Shown here: positions 28,001 through 37,612 of the stretch, in pieces
Numbering within the stretch: the stretch's first letter is position 1
Layout: the number at the start of each line of letters is the position of its first letter
Source of the DNA: Phycisphaerae bacterium
GTDB taxonomy: Bacteria > Planctomycetota > Phycisphaerae > UBA1845 > Fen-1342
NCBI GenBank assembly: GCA_963675745.2
Contig: CAXXWX010000014.1
Span: forward strand, 1 to 47,167
Direction: 5' to 3'
Length of the DNA: 47,167 nucleotides
Made by a program: the position numbers and the translations under genes
Notes under the pieces: generated by a model
Seen by the model: the letters and a program-made list of their open reading frames with translations, nothing else
Told to the model about the DNA's origin: nothing
Databases searched by the model: none

Positions 28001-28993
28001 ATTCGCGCGCAGATCGCGGCAAACCGCTGCGGCGTTGGTTTGCTGAGGGATATGGCTCGGCAACAGGGTCGCGAGTTGGTCAGCGAGTACATGCGGCATA
28101 TTCAGCGGGCGGCCGAAACGAAGATGCGGGCGGCGATTGAACGACTGCCGGACGGCCAATGCCGGTTCACCGACTATCTTGACGACGCCACGCCGATCGT
28201 TGTCACGATTTCGATTGGTGGGGGCACGGCGCGGGTCGACTTCACCGGCACGAGTGCCGTGCATCGCGGGAATCTGAACGCGACGCCGGCGATTGTCTCG
28301 AGCGCGGTCTTGTATTGCTTTCGGTGCCTGATCGACGAGGACATCCCGCTGAACGCCGGCGTGCTCAATCCGCTGGAGGTGATAATTCCACCGGGGCTGC
28401 TGAACCCGCCGCGCGCGGATGACCCGGCGCATTGCCCGGCGGTGGCTGGGGGCAACGTCGAAACCTCGCAGCGGATCGTGGACTGCACCTTCGGCGCGCT
28501 CGGCATTGTGGCGGCCAGCCAGGGAACCATGAACAACCTCACGTTCGGCGATGACAAGTTCGGTTACTACGAGACGATCGCGGGTGGCACCGGCGCCGGC
28601 CCCGGCTTTCACGGCGCCGATGCCGTTCATTCACATATGACCAATACCCGGCTCACCGACCCGGAAGTGCTCGAGCATCGCTACCCCGTGCGTCTGCGGT
28701 CGTTCAGCATCCGCCGTGGCTCGGGCGGGGACGGGAAATATCACGGCGGCAATGGCGTCACGCGTGAGATAGAGTTTCTCAAACCGCTGGATGTGACGCT
28801 GCTCACGCAGCGCCGCACGCGCCCACCATACGGCGTCGCAGGCGGCAGCCCCGGTGGATGCGGCAAGAATGTGCTGATAGCGGCCAACGCGCCGCCCAGC
28901 GACCTGGGCCCCGTGGCCCAACTGCGCGTGGCGGCCGGCGATATCTTGCGCATCGAGACCCCCGGCGGCGGCGGCTATGGCCGGCCGGCGTAA
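25079..28993 (+). CDS. ATP-dependent 5-oxoprolinase (fused hydantoinase A/B type)
   Basis: IDVGGTFTD, GTTRGTNALLER, LSGPAAG, FDMGGTSTD, TVAAGGGS, SFGGAGGQH, STNVKERLDFSCA, NDPY.GGSHLPD, HHAEIGG, GNVETSQR, HMTNTRLTDPE, TPGGGGYG. Confidence 0.93.
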   Translation: MATASDSPAGLLSDFWIDVGGTFTDCVARATDDSLHTHKLLSTGVYQGCLGSGPTRAHFCDPQRTGNPPEFFAGWRMRMFAPGQAEPVDEAEVAAFDAAGGRFTFNHPLTVQPAAGWRYELRCDDEAPVIGIRWLLGKRLNEPVGPIRVRLGTTRGTNALLERRGAMTALVTTAGFGDILAIGSQQRPHLFDLAIRKPAPLYREVIELDERVSADGGILRALDERDARQRLTEAHARGVEALAVCLLNSYRNAVHEQRVAALAREIGFAHASISTALSPLQRIVWRGETTVINAYLTPVIGRYLASLRAALPEASLKLMTSAGGLVDADSFVAKDSILSGPAAGVVGAAHVARAAGIKRVIGFDMGGTSTDVSRYDGRFEHRHEMELHDRESGGSIRLSAPMLAIETVAAGGGSICDFDGIKPIVGPRSGGADPGPACYGRGGPLCLTDVNLFLGRVTPDMFPFPLDRDAVRRRLNELVTRIHAATNRRYTPYDLAAGYVAIANTHMAAAIKRASVQKGYDPRDHALVSFGGAGGQHACAVARELGITRILCHAHAGVLSAYGIGMADICRFAEFDVGRPLDDAALNAIEPRFTALEADLRQQVERDGVADADIRPARRMLDLRYAGQDTAISIDGPQDGDWRAAFERGHEQLYGFVHADREVEIHAARLEVAGTTSQGVPASLPTIPASATPAALRRDDAYFAGTHHETPVYDRAALPGGVVITGPAIILEKTGTIVVEPGWQAEHASRGDILLTAQPDRTTAVPRVNRGATAPGSNCDPITLELFNNRFAAICEQMGATLQRTALSTNVKERLDFSCAVYDSTGDLVAHAAHIPVHIGAMGHCVKDMLDETGGRCRPGEVYITNDPYRGGSHLPDVTVITPAFDEYARQVMFYVATRAHHAEIGGIAAGSMSPAGHRLSEEGVCIPLMPLVVQGATQDSRPAGDVRFDEARLRDVFVTAEHPSRAFDQNLADIRAQIAANRCGVGLLRDMARQQGRELVSEYMRHIQRAAETKMRAAIERLPDGQCRFTDYLDDATPIVVTISIGGGTARVDFTGTSAVHRGNLNATPAIVSSAVLYCFRCLIDEDIPLNAGVLNPLEVIIPPGLLNPPRADDPAHCPAVAGGNVETSQRIVDCTFGALGIVAASQGTMNNLTFGDDKFGYYETIAGGTGAGPGFHGADAVHSHMTNTRLTDPEVLEHRYPVRLRSFSIRRGSGGDGKYHGGNGVTREIEFLKPLDVTLLTQRRTRPPYGVAGGSPGGCGKNVLIAANAPPSDLGPVAQLRVAAGDILRIETPGGGGYGRPA

Positions 28994-29068
28994 TGCGAGC
29001 AGGATACCGATTGAGCTTCCACGGTGTACGGGGACGCCGGCCGCTACGCGTGTCTCGTTGGCCCGACG

Positions 29069-32000
29069 CTATTGGACGGCGGCTTCGACCGGCTGCGGCT
29101 CCAGCTCTTCTCTGAGACCAATCAGGGACGTGAGCCGTATCAACGTGACGTAGAGCGTCGGCAACACGACAAGCGTCAGCAGCGTCGCGAACGCCAGGCC
29201 GAAAATGACCGCGATTGCCATGCTGCTCCACCACTGGCTCGATTCGCTGCGCGTGTTCCACACCAGGTTACGAAAGTCGTAGCTCACACCCACCGCCATC
29301 GGGATCAAACCCAGGATGGTCGTGATGGCCGTGAGCAGCACGGGACGCAGCCGCGTCGCGCCGGCCTGGATGGCGGCTTCGGTCAGGCCCATGCCCCGGC
29401 GCTGGAGCAGTCGCGTGTAATCAAGCAGCACGATCGCGTTGTTGACAACCACGCCGGCGAGGCTGATCACGCCGACGCCGGTCATGATGATTCCGAACGG
29501 CATATTGCAGATGAGCAGGCCGCCCAGCACGCCAATCAACGACAGGATCACGGTGGTCATGATGATCAGCGGCACGATCAGCGTGTTGAATTGTGCCACC
29601 ATGATGAGCACGATCAGCAACAGCGCGATGGCGAAGGCTTGCGCGAGAAACACGGTGGCCTCGTCCTGCTCCTCTTTCTCGCCGGCAAAACTCACGTAAT
29701 AGCCCATCGGCAGATCGAGTTGCCCCAGGCGTTTCTGCACGTCGGCGAGCACATCGCTGGACAGGCGGCCTTCCGACTCGGCGGTGAGCGTAATCACGCG
29801 CTTCTGGTTCACGCGTCGAATCGTCCCGTATCCGCCGGTGTATTCGAAAGTGCCCAGCGAGCTCAGTGGAATCGGCTCCCCGCGGAGATTCGGGACGTGC
29901 AGCCGGAACAGATCATCGATGTTGCGCCGTTGGGATTCGGGCAATCGCACCGTGATGTCGTACTCATCGTTGAACTGCCGATACTTGCCCACTTCGCGCC
30001 CGAAGACGGTGGTCTTCAGGAAATTACCGACGATGGCGGTATTCGCGCCGAGCATCATGGCCCGTTGGCGGTCAACCCGGAACGCGAGCTCGGGGCGCGC
30101 GGTTTCGTGGTCGCTGCGCAGATTAACCAGCCCGGGAACGTCGCTCATCATGAGCTTGGCCTGCGCGCTGATCTCCTCGAGCTGCTTGAAATCCTCGCCG
30201 ATGATGCGCGCCGAGATGGCCGCACCGGTGGGAGGGCCTTCCTTCTCTTTTTCGACTCTGATCTCGGCGCCGGGAATGTCGCTGAGCGCGACGCGAATCT
30301 CGGCGACGACGTCCGCCGACGGGCGCTTGCGATCTTCGTAATCATGAAACGTCAGCGTGATTTGCGCGAGGTGCTCGCCCGAGCCACCGCCGAGACCGCC
30401 CGCTTCGCTCACCGACCCGACGCTCGTGATCACGTGTTGCAGGTTCTCGTGCCAGGGTTCGAGCCGCTGTTCAATGAGCTGCGCCAGTCGATCCGTTTCG
30501 CGGATGTTGGTGCCCTGCGGCTTGCGAATGTCGATAGTGGCCCGCCTGGGGTCAAAATCCGGGAAAAGCTCGATGCCGTGGCCGTATTTGGAATAGAGGA
30601 TTCCCACGCCGACGAGCACGCACACGGAGAGTGCCAGCGTGGCGGGAGCATAGCGCAGCGACACGTCGAGCAGGCGTCTGTATGCGCGGGTGAACGGGCT
30701 CTCACGCCCCGCGCCGGCACCTGCGCCGCGACCGGCACCGGTAACCAGCAGTGAGCTGGCCACAGGGTTGATGATCAGGGCGACAAACAGCGAGCAGACC
30801 AGCGTGACGATCACGGTGGCGGGCAGCCAACTCATGAACCCGCCCATGATGCCCGGCCAGAACAGCATCGGGAAAAACGCCGCCACCGTCGTCGCCGTCG
30901 ATGTGATGACCGGCCAGGCCACCTCGGCCGTGCCGCTCATCGCCGCTCCGAGCCGTCGCCCGGTCTGCTGATAATGGCGGTAGATGTTCTCGACGATCAC
31001 GATCGCGTTGTCGACGAGCATGCCGAGCGCCATGATCAGGCTGAAGAGCACGATCATGTTGAGCGTATAGCCCAGCAGCTTGATCACGACAAAGCTCGCC
31101 AGCATGCTGAGCGGGATGGCCAGCGCGACCACCACACTGGCCCGCCAACCCATGAAGACGAAAAGCACGGCCACGACCAGGATCATGCCCGAAAGCAGGT
31201 TGTTTTCGAGGTCGCTCACCATCGCGTGAATGTCGTTGGAGACGTCAAGCGTGACGTCGAGACTCACGCCCAGCGGCAGGCGCCGGCGTGCCTGTTCGAG
31301 CACCTGCTGCACCGCCTCCGAGATCATCAGGATGTTCTCGCCGGAGCGCTTCTGCACGACCAGCGTGAGCGTGTCGTGCCCGTCGAGCCGTGAGAAGCTG
31401 GTGCGGTCCTTGAAGGTGTCGTGGACCTCGGCGACGTCGGTCAGGTAGATGGGGCGCCCGTCGCGCATGGCGATGACCAGCTCATCAACCTCGGCGGGTT
31501 CGACGAATTCGGCCGGCACGCGGACATTGAATTTGGTGCCCGGTGTTTCGAGTCCGCCGGCCGAGATGTTGACGTTTTCCGCCGGCACCAGCCCGATGAT
31601 CTCCGGGATCGTCAGCCCGAACGCCGCCAGACGATTCTGATCGACTTCCAGCCGGATTTCTCGTTCGAGCGCCCCGCGCACATCGCAGTTCAGCACGCCG
31701 GGGATCGACTCGATGACGTCTTCGAGCTCATCGGCGATGGCCTCGAGCCGCACGGGCGAGATGTCACCCGAGAGATTGATCATCATGATCGGGAAGTCGG
31801 CGAAGTTGAACTCGGTCAGCAGCGGCTCTTCGACGTCTTGCGGCAGCTCGGCCTTGGCCAGGTCGATCTTGTCGCGCACCCACTGCATGGCGTCGTCGAT
31901 CTCAACGTCGGGCAGAAACTCGATCGTGATGTTCGAGACGCCTTCGGCGCTCATCGACGAGATCTCTTTCACGCCTTTGAGACCCGCCAGCTCTTTCTCG

Positions 32001-32200
32001 ATTTTGATGGTGACTGATGACTCTACGTCTTCCGGCGACACGCCCTCGTAGACCGTCGTGACGACGATGAGCGGCACGGGGATATCCGGGGCCGCCTCGC
32101 GCGGCAGCGTGATGTAGCTGTACGCGCCAAAGGCGACAATGATGAAGACCAGCACCCCGACGGTGGTGCGATTGCGGATGGCGGCGTCAGATAGAATCAC
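29069..32200 (-). CDS. RND efflux transporter permease (AcrB/AcrD/AcrF family)
   Basis: 1043 aa with GMLVDNAIVIVENI, GVVVNNAIVLLD and RLRPVLLTAITT, and two large periplasmic loops. Confidence 0.95.
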   Translation of the reverse strand: MILSDAAIRNRTTVGVLVFIIVAFGAYSYITLPREAAPDIPVPLIVVTTVYEGVSPEDVESSVTIKIEKELAGLKGVKEISSMSAEGVSNITIEFLPDVEIDDAMQWVRDKIDLAKAELPQDVEEPLLTEFNFADFPIMMINLSGDISPVRLEAIADELEDVIESIPGVLNCDVRGALEREIRLEVDQNRLAAFGLTIPEIIGLVPAENVNISAGGLETPGTKFNVRVPAEFVEPAEVDELVIAMRDGRPIYLTDVAEVHDTFKDRTSFSRLDGHDTLTLVVQKRSGENILMISEAVQQVLEQARRRLPLGVSLDVTLDVSNDIHAMVSDLENNLLSGMILVVAVLFVFMGWRASVVVALAIPLSMLASFVVIKLLGYTLNMIVLFSLIMALGMLVDNAIVIVENIYRHYQQTGRRLGAAMSGTAEVAWPVITSTATTVAAFFPMLFWPGIMGGFMSWLPATVIVTLVCSLFVALIINPVASSLLVTGAGRGAGAGAGRESPFTRAYRRLLDVSLRYAPATLALSVCVLVGVGILYSKYGHGIELFPDFDPRRATIDIRKPQGTNIRETDRLAQLIEQRLEPWHENLQHVITSVGSVSEAGGLGGGSGEHLAQITLTFHDYEDRKRPSADVVAEIRVALSDIPGAEIRVEKEKEGPPTGAAISARIIGEDFKQLEEISAQAKLMMSDVPGLVNLRSDHETARPELAFRVDRQRAMMLGANTAIVGNFLKTTVFGREVGKYRQFNDEYDITVRLPESQRRNIDDLFRLHVPNLRGEPIPLSSLGTFEYTGGYGTIRRVNQKRVITLTAESEGRLSSDVLADVQKRLGQLDLPMGYYVSFAGEKEEQDEATVFLAQAFAIALLLIVLIMVAQFNTLIVPLIIMTTVILSLIGVLGGLLICNMPFGIIMTGVGVISLAGVVVNNAIVLLDYTRLLQRRGMGLTEAAIQAGATRLRPVLLTAITTILGLIPMAVGVSYDFRNLVWNTRSESSQWWSSMAIAVIFGLAFATLLTLVVLPTLYVTLIRLTSLIGLREELEPQPVEAAVQ

Positions 32201-32208
32201 GAATGGGC

Positions 32209-33384
32209 TTACTCATCTGGGATGATTTCCACGGACTGGCCCGGACCAACGTACCGGTGTCCCGAGACGATCAGGCGATCGCCGGCCGCGAGACCACTGA
32301 GCACGCGCACGTCTCGCCCCTTGATGAAGTCGAGCTCGACCAGGCGCCGTTCGGCCTTGCCATTGTCGTCGACCAGGTAGACGACCCGCCCCTGCTCCAG
32401 CGGAATGATTGAGTCCAGCGGAACCATGATCACGTTGTTGAGCACACGCCGCGTGAGCCGCGCCCGCACGATCTGCCCGCTGCGAAAACGACGATCATCA
32501 TTATCGACGGTGACCTCGACGCGCGTCGTGCGCGTGTCCTCATCGGCAAGCTCGCTGATATACGTAATCTCGCCGGTGCGCCCGTCAAGTGACAGATCCG
32601 GCGACAGCACATCAACCATCTGACCGACCGCCAGTGGGCGCACATCGCGCTCCGGCACGCTGACAACCACCTTGACCTGGTCGATATCGACGATCTCCGC
32701 CACCGGCGTGCCCGGAAGCGTGTATTCACCGACTTCGACGCGCATGTCGTTCAGGATGCCGCTGATCGGGGCGTAAATGGTGGCCCGCTCCAAGGCAAAG
32801 GCCGCCTCCTTGAGCATGGCTTCGTCGATATCGCGCTGTGAGCGCTGGTTGTCGACCTCGGTCTGTGATGTTGCGCCACGCTCGAAGAGGCGCGCGACGC
32901 GCTCGTACTCACGCCGCGAGTACTCACATTGTGCCAGCACGCGCGCGTGGGCGGCCTCCAGCAGGTCGCGGTTCAAGAGGATAAGAGGATCGCCCCGCGC
33001 GATCGGCTCGCCCTCGGCGATGATGACACCGGGCGGCAGTTCACGACCCGCCATCGCCACCGGACTGGTGCGCATGCCCCACGCCTCGACGCGCCCGGCC
33101 ACCTCGGCGGCCACTTCGACCACGCGAATCGGCTCGACCACCGCCGTCAACGTGAAAGTGTCGGTCATCTTGTCAATAACCGCGACCGGTTGCACGCGCA
33201 CATTGATCGGCGGAATGCTGGTCACGGGCTCTTCGGCCTGTGGCGCGGGCAGTATGGCAACCACGCCGACCAGGGTCACCGCGATGGCGACGACACCAAG
33301 GGCGATTAGGACGCCGTAAAACCCGCGCAAACGGCGTGGTTTGCCACTCGATCCGCCCATGTTCCCAGAGTCGGTTGCTGCCAT
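32209..33384 (-). CDS. RND efflux periplasmic adaptor (membrane fusion protein)
   Basis: N-terminal TM, VAAEVAGRV, TIYAPISG, DEDTRTTRVEV, GLAAGDRLIVSG. Directly upstream of the RND permease. Start uncertain (33360-33411). Confidence 0.9.
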   Translation of the reverse strand: MAATDSGNMGGSSGKPRRLRGFYGVLIALGVVAIAVTLVGVVAILPAPQAEEPVTSIPPINVRVQPVAVIDKMTDTFTLTAVVEPIRVVEVAAEVAGRVEAWGMRTSPVAMAGRELPPGVIIAEGEPIARGDPLILLNRDLLEAAHARVLAQCEYSRREYERVARLFERGATSQTEVDNQRSQRDIDEAMLKEAAFALERATIYAPISGILNDMRVEVGEYTLPGTPVAEIVDIDQVKVVVSVPERDVRPLAVGQMVDVLSPDLSLDGRTGEITYISELADEDTRTTRVEVTVDNDDRRFRSGQIVRARLTRRVLNNVIMVPLDSIIPLEQGRVVYLVDDNGKAERRLVELDFIKGRDVRVLSGLAAGDRLIVSGHRYVGPGQSVEIIPDE

Positions 33385-33637
33385 GAAACCCACCGTGTCA
33401 CAGGTGAACAAAAACCAACCTGCAATCTACTCCACCAGCCCCGCCAGCCGCAAGCCGGCGAGGCACTAACCACCGTTTTCCTACCAACGTAAGACACCCG
33501 TCAGTGCCTTCGGTCAGTGACGCCATCCACGTTTTTGCGTCACGCTCCCGCCGCCGGCCGACCGTGTGCGCGGCGGTGATGCGCCGAACAAGTGGTTTGT
33601 TCAGTCCGGCGCAGGCGAAACCCGTCTCATGCCCTAC

Positions 33638-35257
33638 TCAAATGAACGCCACTGTCGTACGTTCCGGCGGCTGCGGCGCGGCCGTGGGGAATTCTACCGT
33701 GAAGGTCGCCCCGTGGCCCGGCTCACTCACCAGATTGATTGTACCGCCCAAAAGCGTGGTGAGGTCCTTGGCAATCGCCAGCCCCAATCCCGTCCCGTGG
33801 TGCTCGCGCGTGGCTGACTGGTCGATTTGCCGGAATTTGTCGAAAATAATGGCCTGATGTTCGGGCGAGATGCCGGGGCCACTGTCAACCACGCTGACGC
33901 GCACGCGATCTTCGGCAACGCGTTGGGCAACGACGCGAATGACGCCGCCTTCGGGCGTGAACTTGACCGCGTTCGAAAGCAGATTGAACAGAATCTGGCG
34001 CAGACGCCCCCGGTCGGATTGCATGACCGGCAGATCGGCGTCGGACTTAAACACCACTTCAAGCCGTTTCTTGTCCGCAAGTGGGCGGGTAAAGGCGATC
34101 AACGTCGTACACAATTCGGCGAGCTGGACTTCCCCGATGTGCAGCTCGATCTTGCCGGCCTCGATCTTCGCCAGATCGAGCAGGTCATTGATGATCTCGA
34201 GCAAAATGCGCCCGGAGATCAGGATATTCTCTGAATAGCGCGCCGCCTTGGCGGCATCCGCACCCAAGGGGTCTTCGCGCAGCAACTCGGCAAAACCGAT
34301 GATGCTGGTCAGAGGAGTGCGCAGCTCGTGCGACACGTTGGCCAGAAACTCGCTTTTCAGCCGATTCGACTCGTACAGGGCCACATTGGTCTCGGCGATT
34401 TCACCGAGCTTCTGATCGAGAAGGCGGTTGGCGTTTTTCAGCTCTTCCTGCGACACGCGCAGACGTTCGAGCATCGTGTTCATGCTGTCGGCAAGTTGCT
34501 CGAACTCGTCGCCGGTCTTCAACGTCGAGCGCACATCCAGGTTGCCGTCGGCGACGCGCATGGCCACGCCGCGCAATTCGTTGATCGGCGCGAGTATGAA
34601 CCGGTGGGTGATGATATAGAACACGAGGATCGCCAGCGTGCCGGCCAGGGCGCCGGCGGCGATGATGATGAAACGGTTCCAGATCAGGCCGCGGCCCGCC
34701 TCTTCTCCCGGAAGATCGACAAACACCACTCCGGCGAGCTCGTTCTCGCGATAGACCGTTGGTGCGGTCATGCCCTCGCCGTGGCAGGTCAGGCAGCTTT
34801 TGGTGGCGCGCACCGCATAGGCGTACAGGCTGCGACGCTCCTCGTTAGTGACGCGCGTGTCCAGCACGACCTGGCGGTTGGGATGCTGCTCAAACGCGTC
34901 AAAGGCGCGCTCGACAAACGGGTCGGACGCGGCCAATGGCCCGCCGGGTGCCGCATCGACAAGCGGGCTGTGGAACGCGCGGCGTGAGATGAACTGCGGT
35001 TGCGACTCACTGGAATCGACGACAACACCAAACCCGTCGCGATGAAATCCCCCGCGCGTCCCCGCGGCACGATCGGGCTCGCCAAGCAGCTCGAAATGAT
35101 CGCGGGCCGAGCGCCGCGATTCTTCAAACGGCCCTTCAAGCACCAGCGCCTCCATGCGCATCCAGGGCACGCACAGCGCCGCGCCGATGATGAGCAGCAC
35201 CGCCAGCCCGAATAGCACTCGGTATTTCGCCGCCAGCGAGATCCGTATCAGCCGCAT
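33638..35257 (-). CDS. Sensor histidine kinase with periplasmic heme-c (DUF3365/Tll0287-like) domain and HAMP
   Basis: Two TMs flank a periplasmic domain with CLTCH. HAMP, H-box FLANVSHELRTPL, N-box QILFNLLSNAVKF, DSGPGI, GTGLGL. Confidence 0.9.
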   Translation of the reverse strand: MRLIRISLAAKYRVLFGLAVLLIIGAALCVPWMRMEALVLEGPFEESRRSARDHFELLGEPDRAAGTRGGFHRDGFGVVVDSSESQPQFISRRAFHSPLVDAAPGGPLAASDPFVERAFDAFEQHPNRQVVLDTRVTNEERRSLYAYAVRATKSCLTCHGEGMTAPTVYRENELAGVVFVDLPGEEAGRGLIWNRFIIIAAGALAGTLAILVFYIITHRFILAPINELRGVAMRVADGNLDVRSTLKTGDEFEQLADSMNTMLERLRVSQEELKNANRLLDQKLGEIAETNVALYESNRLKSEFLANVSHELRTPLTSIIGFAELLREDPLGADAAKAARYSENILISGRILLEIINDLLDLAKIEAGKIELHIGEVQLAELCTTLIAFTRPLADKKRLEVVFKSDADLPVMQSDRGRLRQILFNLLSNAVKFTPEGGVIRVVAQRVAEDRVRVSVVDSGPGISPEHQAIIFDKFRQIDQSATREHHGTGLGLAIAKDLTTLLGGTINLVSEPGHGATFTVEFPTAAPQPPERTTVAFI

Positions 35258-35365
35258 CGCACCAACTCAGTTTTCGATGTGCCACGGCTCTGTGAGCCGC
35301 CGGCATAGCCGCCAACAGTGCCGCTCAAGGGCAGCGGCACCCCGGCCACCGCCCCTGCGCACGAT

Positions 35366-36349
35366 TCACGGACTCGTCACCCGTTCGGCCTCGGCGTTGC
35401 GCTCCAACATCGCCTGGTATGCATCTTTGAGCCTTCGATCGAGGATCTGGATCTTGGCCTTCTGGAACAGCTCAGTGGCAAGCTCACTCATCAGCTCCGG
35501 AATCACGCGGTCGCGCAGGCGAATCTCCACTTCGGCGCGTCTATCTTCAAAACGCGCATTCTCCGGCGCCATGCGCCGCTGCAACTGGATGAACTGGAAG
35601 GCGCTTTCCACCTTGATCGGCCCGGTGTATTCGCCGGCCGAAAGCGCGAATGAGCGCTCGCGGATTATCGCTGGTATGTCGCGGTCGCCAAACGTGAAAG
35701 GTCGCCACAGGCCGCCGCTGGGCGCGGTTTCGGTGTTCTCGCTCAGCTCACGGGCGACTGTTGCAAAGTCGTCGCCGCGCTGCAATCTCGTCTGCACGTC
35801 GTTGATTCGGGCCTGGGCCATCGGGCCGTTGCGCACCTCGATGTGCCGGATCTCGACGCGTTCGCCGAAGGTCCGCGCGAATTCCTCGCGCAGGGTCGGC
35901 TCATCCACGTGGAAATCACGCTCGACGATCTTGCGCAGATGCGCATTGCGCTCCATTCCGACCATGAACTCGGCCAGTGACAGCCCTTTCTGATCGAGGA
36001 TCATCTCCAGCGTCTGCCGCTTGTCGCGATCGTCGAGGGCGTTCTCACCCAACTCGTGATCCGGGGCGATTCGATTGAGCGCGCGTTCGAACTCCTCGCG
36101 CACGTCGGCGCTTGTGACCTTGATCCCGGCGCGGTGCGTTTCCTGCTTGGCGAGCTTCAGCACAATGATCTGTTGCAGCACTGACAGTCCGTGGGCTTCC
36201 ATCAGCAGATCGACGACTTCTTCACGTTCGATTGGCACGCCGTTGATATACGCCAGTGCCTTGCCATCGTCGGCCCATGCGCCGGGCACCGCGACAAGTG
36301 CCGCGATCAATCCGACCCATCCCACCGCGTTGTGCTTGCATCCTGCCAT
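35366..36349 (-). CDS. Exported parvulin-type peptidyl-prolyl isomerase (PrsA/SurA-like)
   Basis: Signal peptide ending AWA, AYING.PI, IRHIEV, GDDFATVARELS, GGL, SurA-like N-terminus. ATG 36349 with GGAG. Confidence 0.85.
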   Translation of the reverse strand: MAGCKHNAVGWVGLIAALVAVPGAWADDGKALAYINGVPIEREEVVDLLMEAHGLSVLQQIIVLKLAKQETHRAGIKVTSADVREEFERALNRIAPDHELGENALDDRDKRQTLEMILDQKGLSLAEFMVGMERNAHLRKIVERDFHVDEPTLREEFARTFGERVEIRHIEVRNGPMAQARINDVQTRLQRGDDFATVARELSENTETAPSGGLWRPFTFGDRDIPAIIRERSFALSAGEYTGPIKVESAFQFIQLQRRMAPENARFEDRRAEVEIRLRDRVIPELMSELATELFQKAKIQILDRRLKDAYQAMLERNAEAERVTSP

Positions 36350-36486
36350 GGTTACACTCCGCCGTGCCCTGTGCCCTGCTGCTCGCGTAAGACCGGGGCC
36401 CGTATTGTTAGAGCAAATCACGTTTGCCTGAAACGGCCGACACTCAAAGGCGAAGGGCTCTGGCGTCGTCCGGTGGTGACAGCCTG

Positions 36487-37605
36487 TCATCTTATGCCAA
36501 GCGGGGTCAACGGTGAACGATCAGCCCGCGCCAGAGTGAGCTTCAATCCACTGAGGCGCCGCGCCAGCCGCCGGCGCATGACCTTCAAAGCCGGCCGTTC
36601 GCTGGCATCATGTCCGACATGGACGGCGGTGACGCCACGTTTCAGCAGTGCCAGCGCATCATGGTGCTTGAACTCGCCGGTAATCACCAGGGAGTGCGAG
36701 TCGCGAAACGCCTCCACGCCAAACGCCCCCGCCGCCGCCGTCACCGACGTGAACTTCCGCTTGAGATCGCCCACGACCGACGCACCGGCCATGTCCACGC
36801 TGCGCGCCAGCTTTTTGACCAGCGTCCGGCCGGATTCGGGCCGCGCGAGTTTGCCGACGCGCCCCATGCCCGCGGCCCCGCGTCCGGCGATGTGTTCAAC
36901 CGGGTAGATGTCCAGCGCGGGCTCCTCATAGGAGTGGGCGGCGTGCAAGGCGCGCACAACGCCCGCCAGCCGCGCGCGTGGCACGACCATCTCCAGTCGC
37001 GTCTCACCACAGCGCTCGAGCACCTGACGCCGCCCCACTGTCGGATTGGTCGTCTCGTCGCCTTTGAACGTGCCGTGCCCGTCCAATTCGAAGCTGCACT
37101 CGGTGTAGTGCCCGATAACGCCGGCACCGGCGGCCGACAACGCCTCGCGTAACGCCCCCACTTCAGGTCGGGGCACAAACACGACCAGTTTGTAATCACG
37201 GTTTGCGATGGTGGCCGGCTCCAGCGGGCAGCGCTCGTCAACGCCGATCGCATCCAACAGCACGTCGTTCGTCCCGCCGACCGCCGCATCAAGGGCTGTG
37301 TGCAGCGCGATGATCGCGACGCGCGCGGCAAGCAAATCGGGCAGTAGTGTCGTGGGCACCGCTCCATCGGGTGTGATGCGCTTGATCCCCTTGAAGATGG
37401 GCGGGTGATAAATCAGCAGCAAATCAGCGCGCTTGGCGAGCGCTTCGCGCGCCACGGCATCGGTCAGATCGATCGCCAGCAGCCCGTGACGCGCCGGCCA
37501 CTCGGGCCGTCCAGCGAGCATGCCGACGTTGTCCCACTCAGCGGCGAGAGAGAACGGCGCGATGGCATCAACCGCCCGGCACACATCCCCGACGCTGGTT
37601 GTCAT
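36487..37605 (-). CDS. Nif3-like dinuclear metal-centre protein (DUF34/YqfO) with PII-like insertion
   Basis: AAEWDNVG, YHPPIF, LHTALD, GGTND, KLVVFVP...GAGVIGHY.ECSF, HSYEEPA.D, TGEFKHH, GHDASER. Confidence 0.92.
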   Translation of the reverse strand: MTTSVGDVCRAVDAIAPFSLAAEWDNVGMLAGRPEWPARHGLLAIDLTDAVAREALAKRADLLLIYHPPIFKGIKRITPDGAVPTTLLPDLLAARVAIIALHTALDAAVGGTNDVLLDAIGVDERCPLEPATIANRDYKLVVFVPRPEVGALREALSAAGAGVIGHYTECSFELDGHGTFKGDETTNPTVGRRQVLERCGETRLEMVVPRARLAGVVRALHAAHSYEEPALDIYPVEHIAGRGAAGMGRVGKLARPESGRTLVKKLARSVDMAGASVVGDLKRKFTSVTAAAGAFGVEAFRDSHSLVITGEFKHHDALALLKRGVTAVHVGHDASERPALKVMRRRLARRLSGLKLTLARADRSPLTPLGIR

Positions 37606-37612
37606 GGGGCGC

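Noticed and set aside
29024..30754. 576-aa plus-strand ORF
   Set aside because: Antisense shadow of the RND permease in high-GC DNA with no recognisable motifs. The same applies to 3066..4076, 14970..15914, 25994..27028 and 44336..45406.
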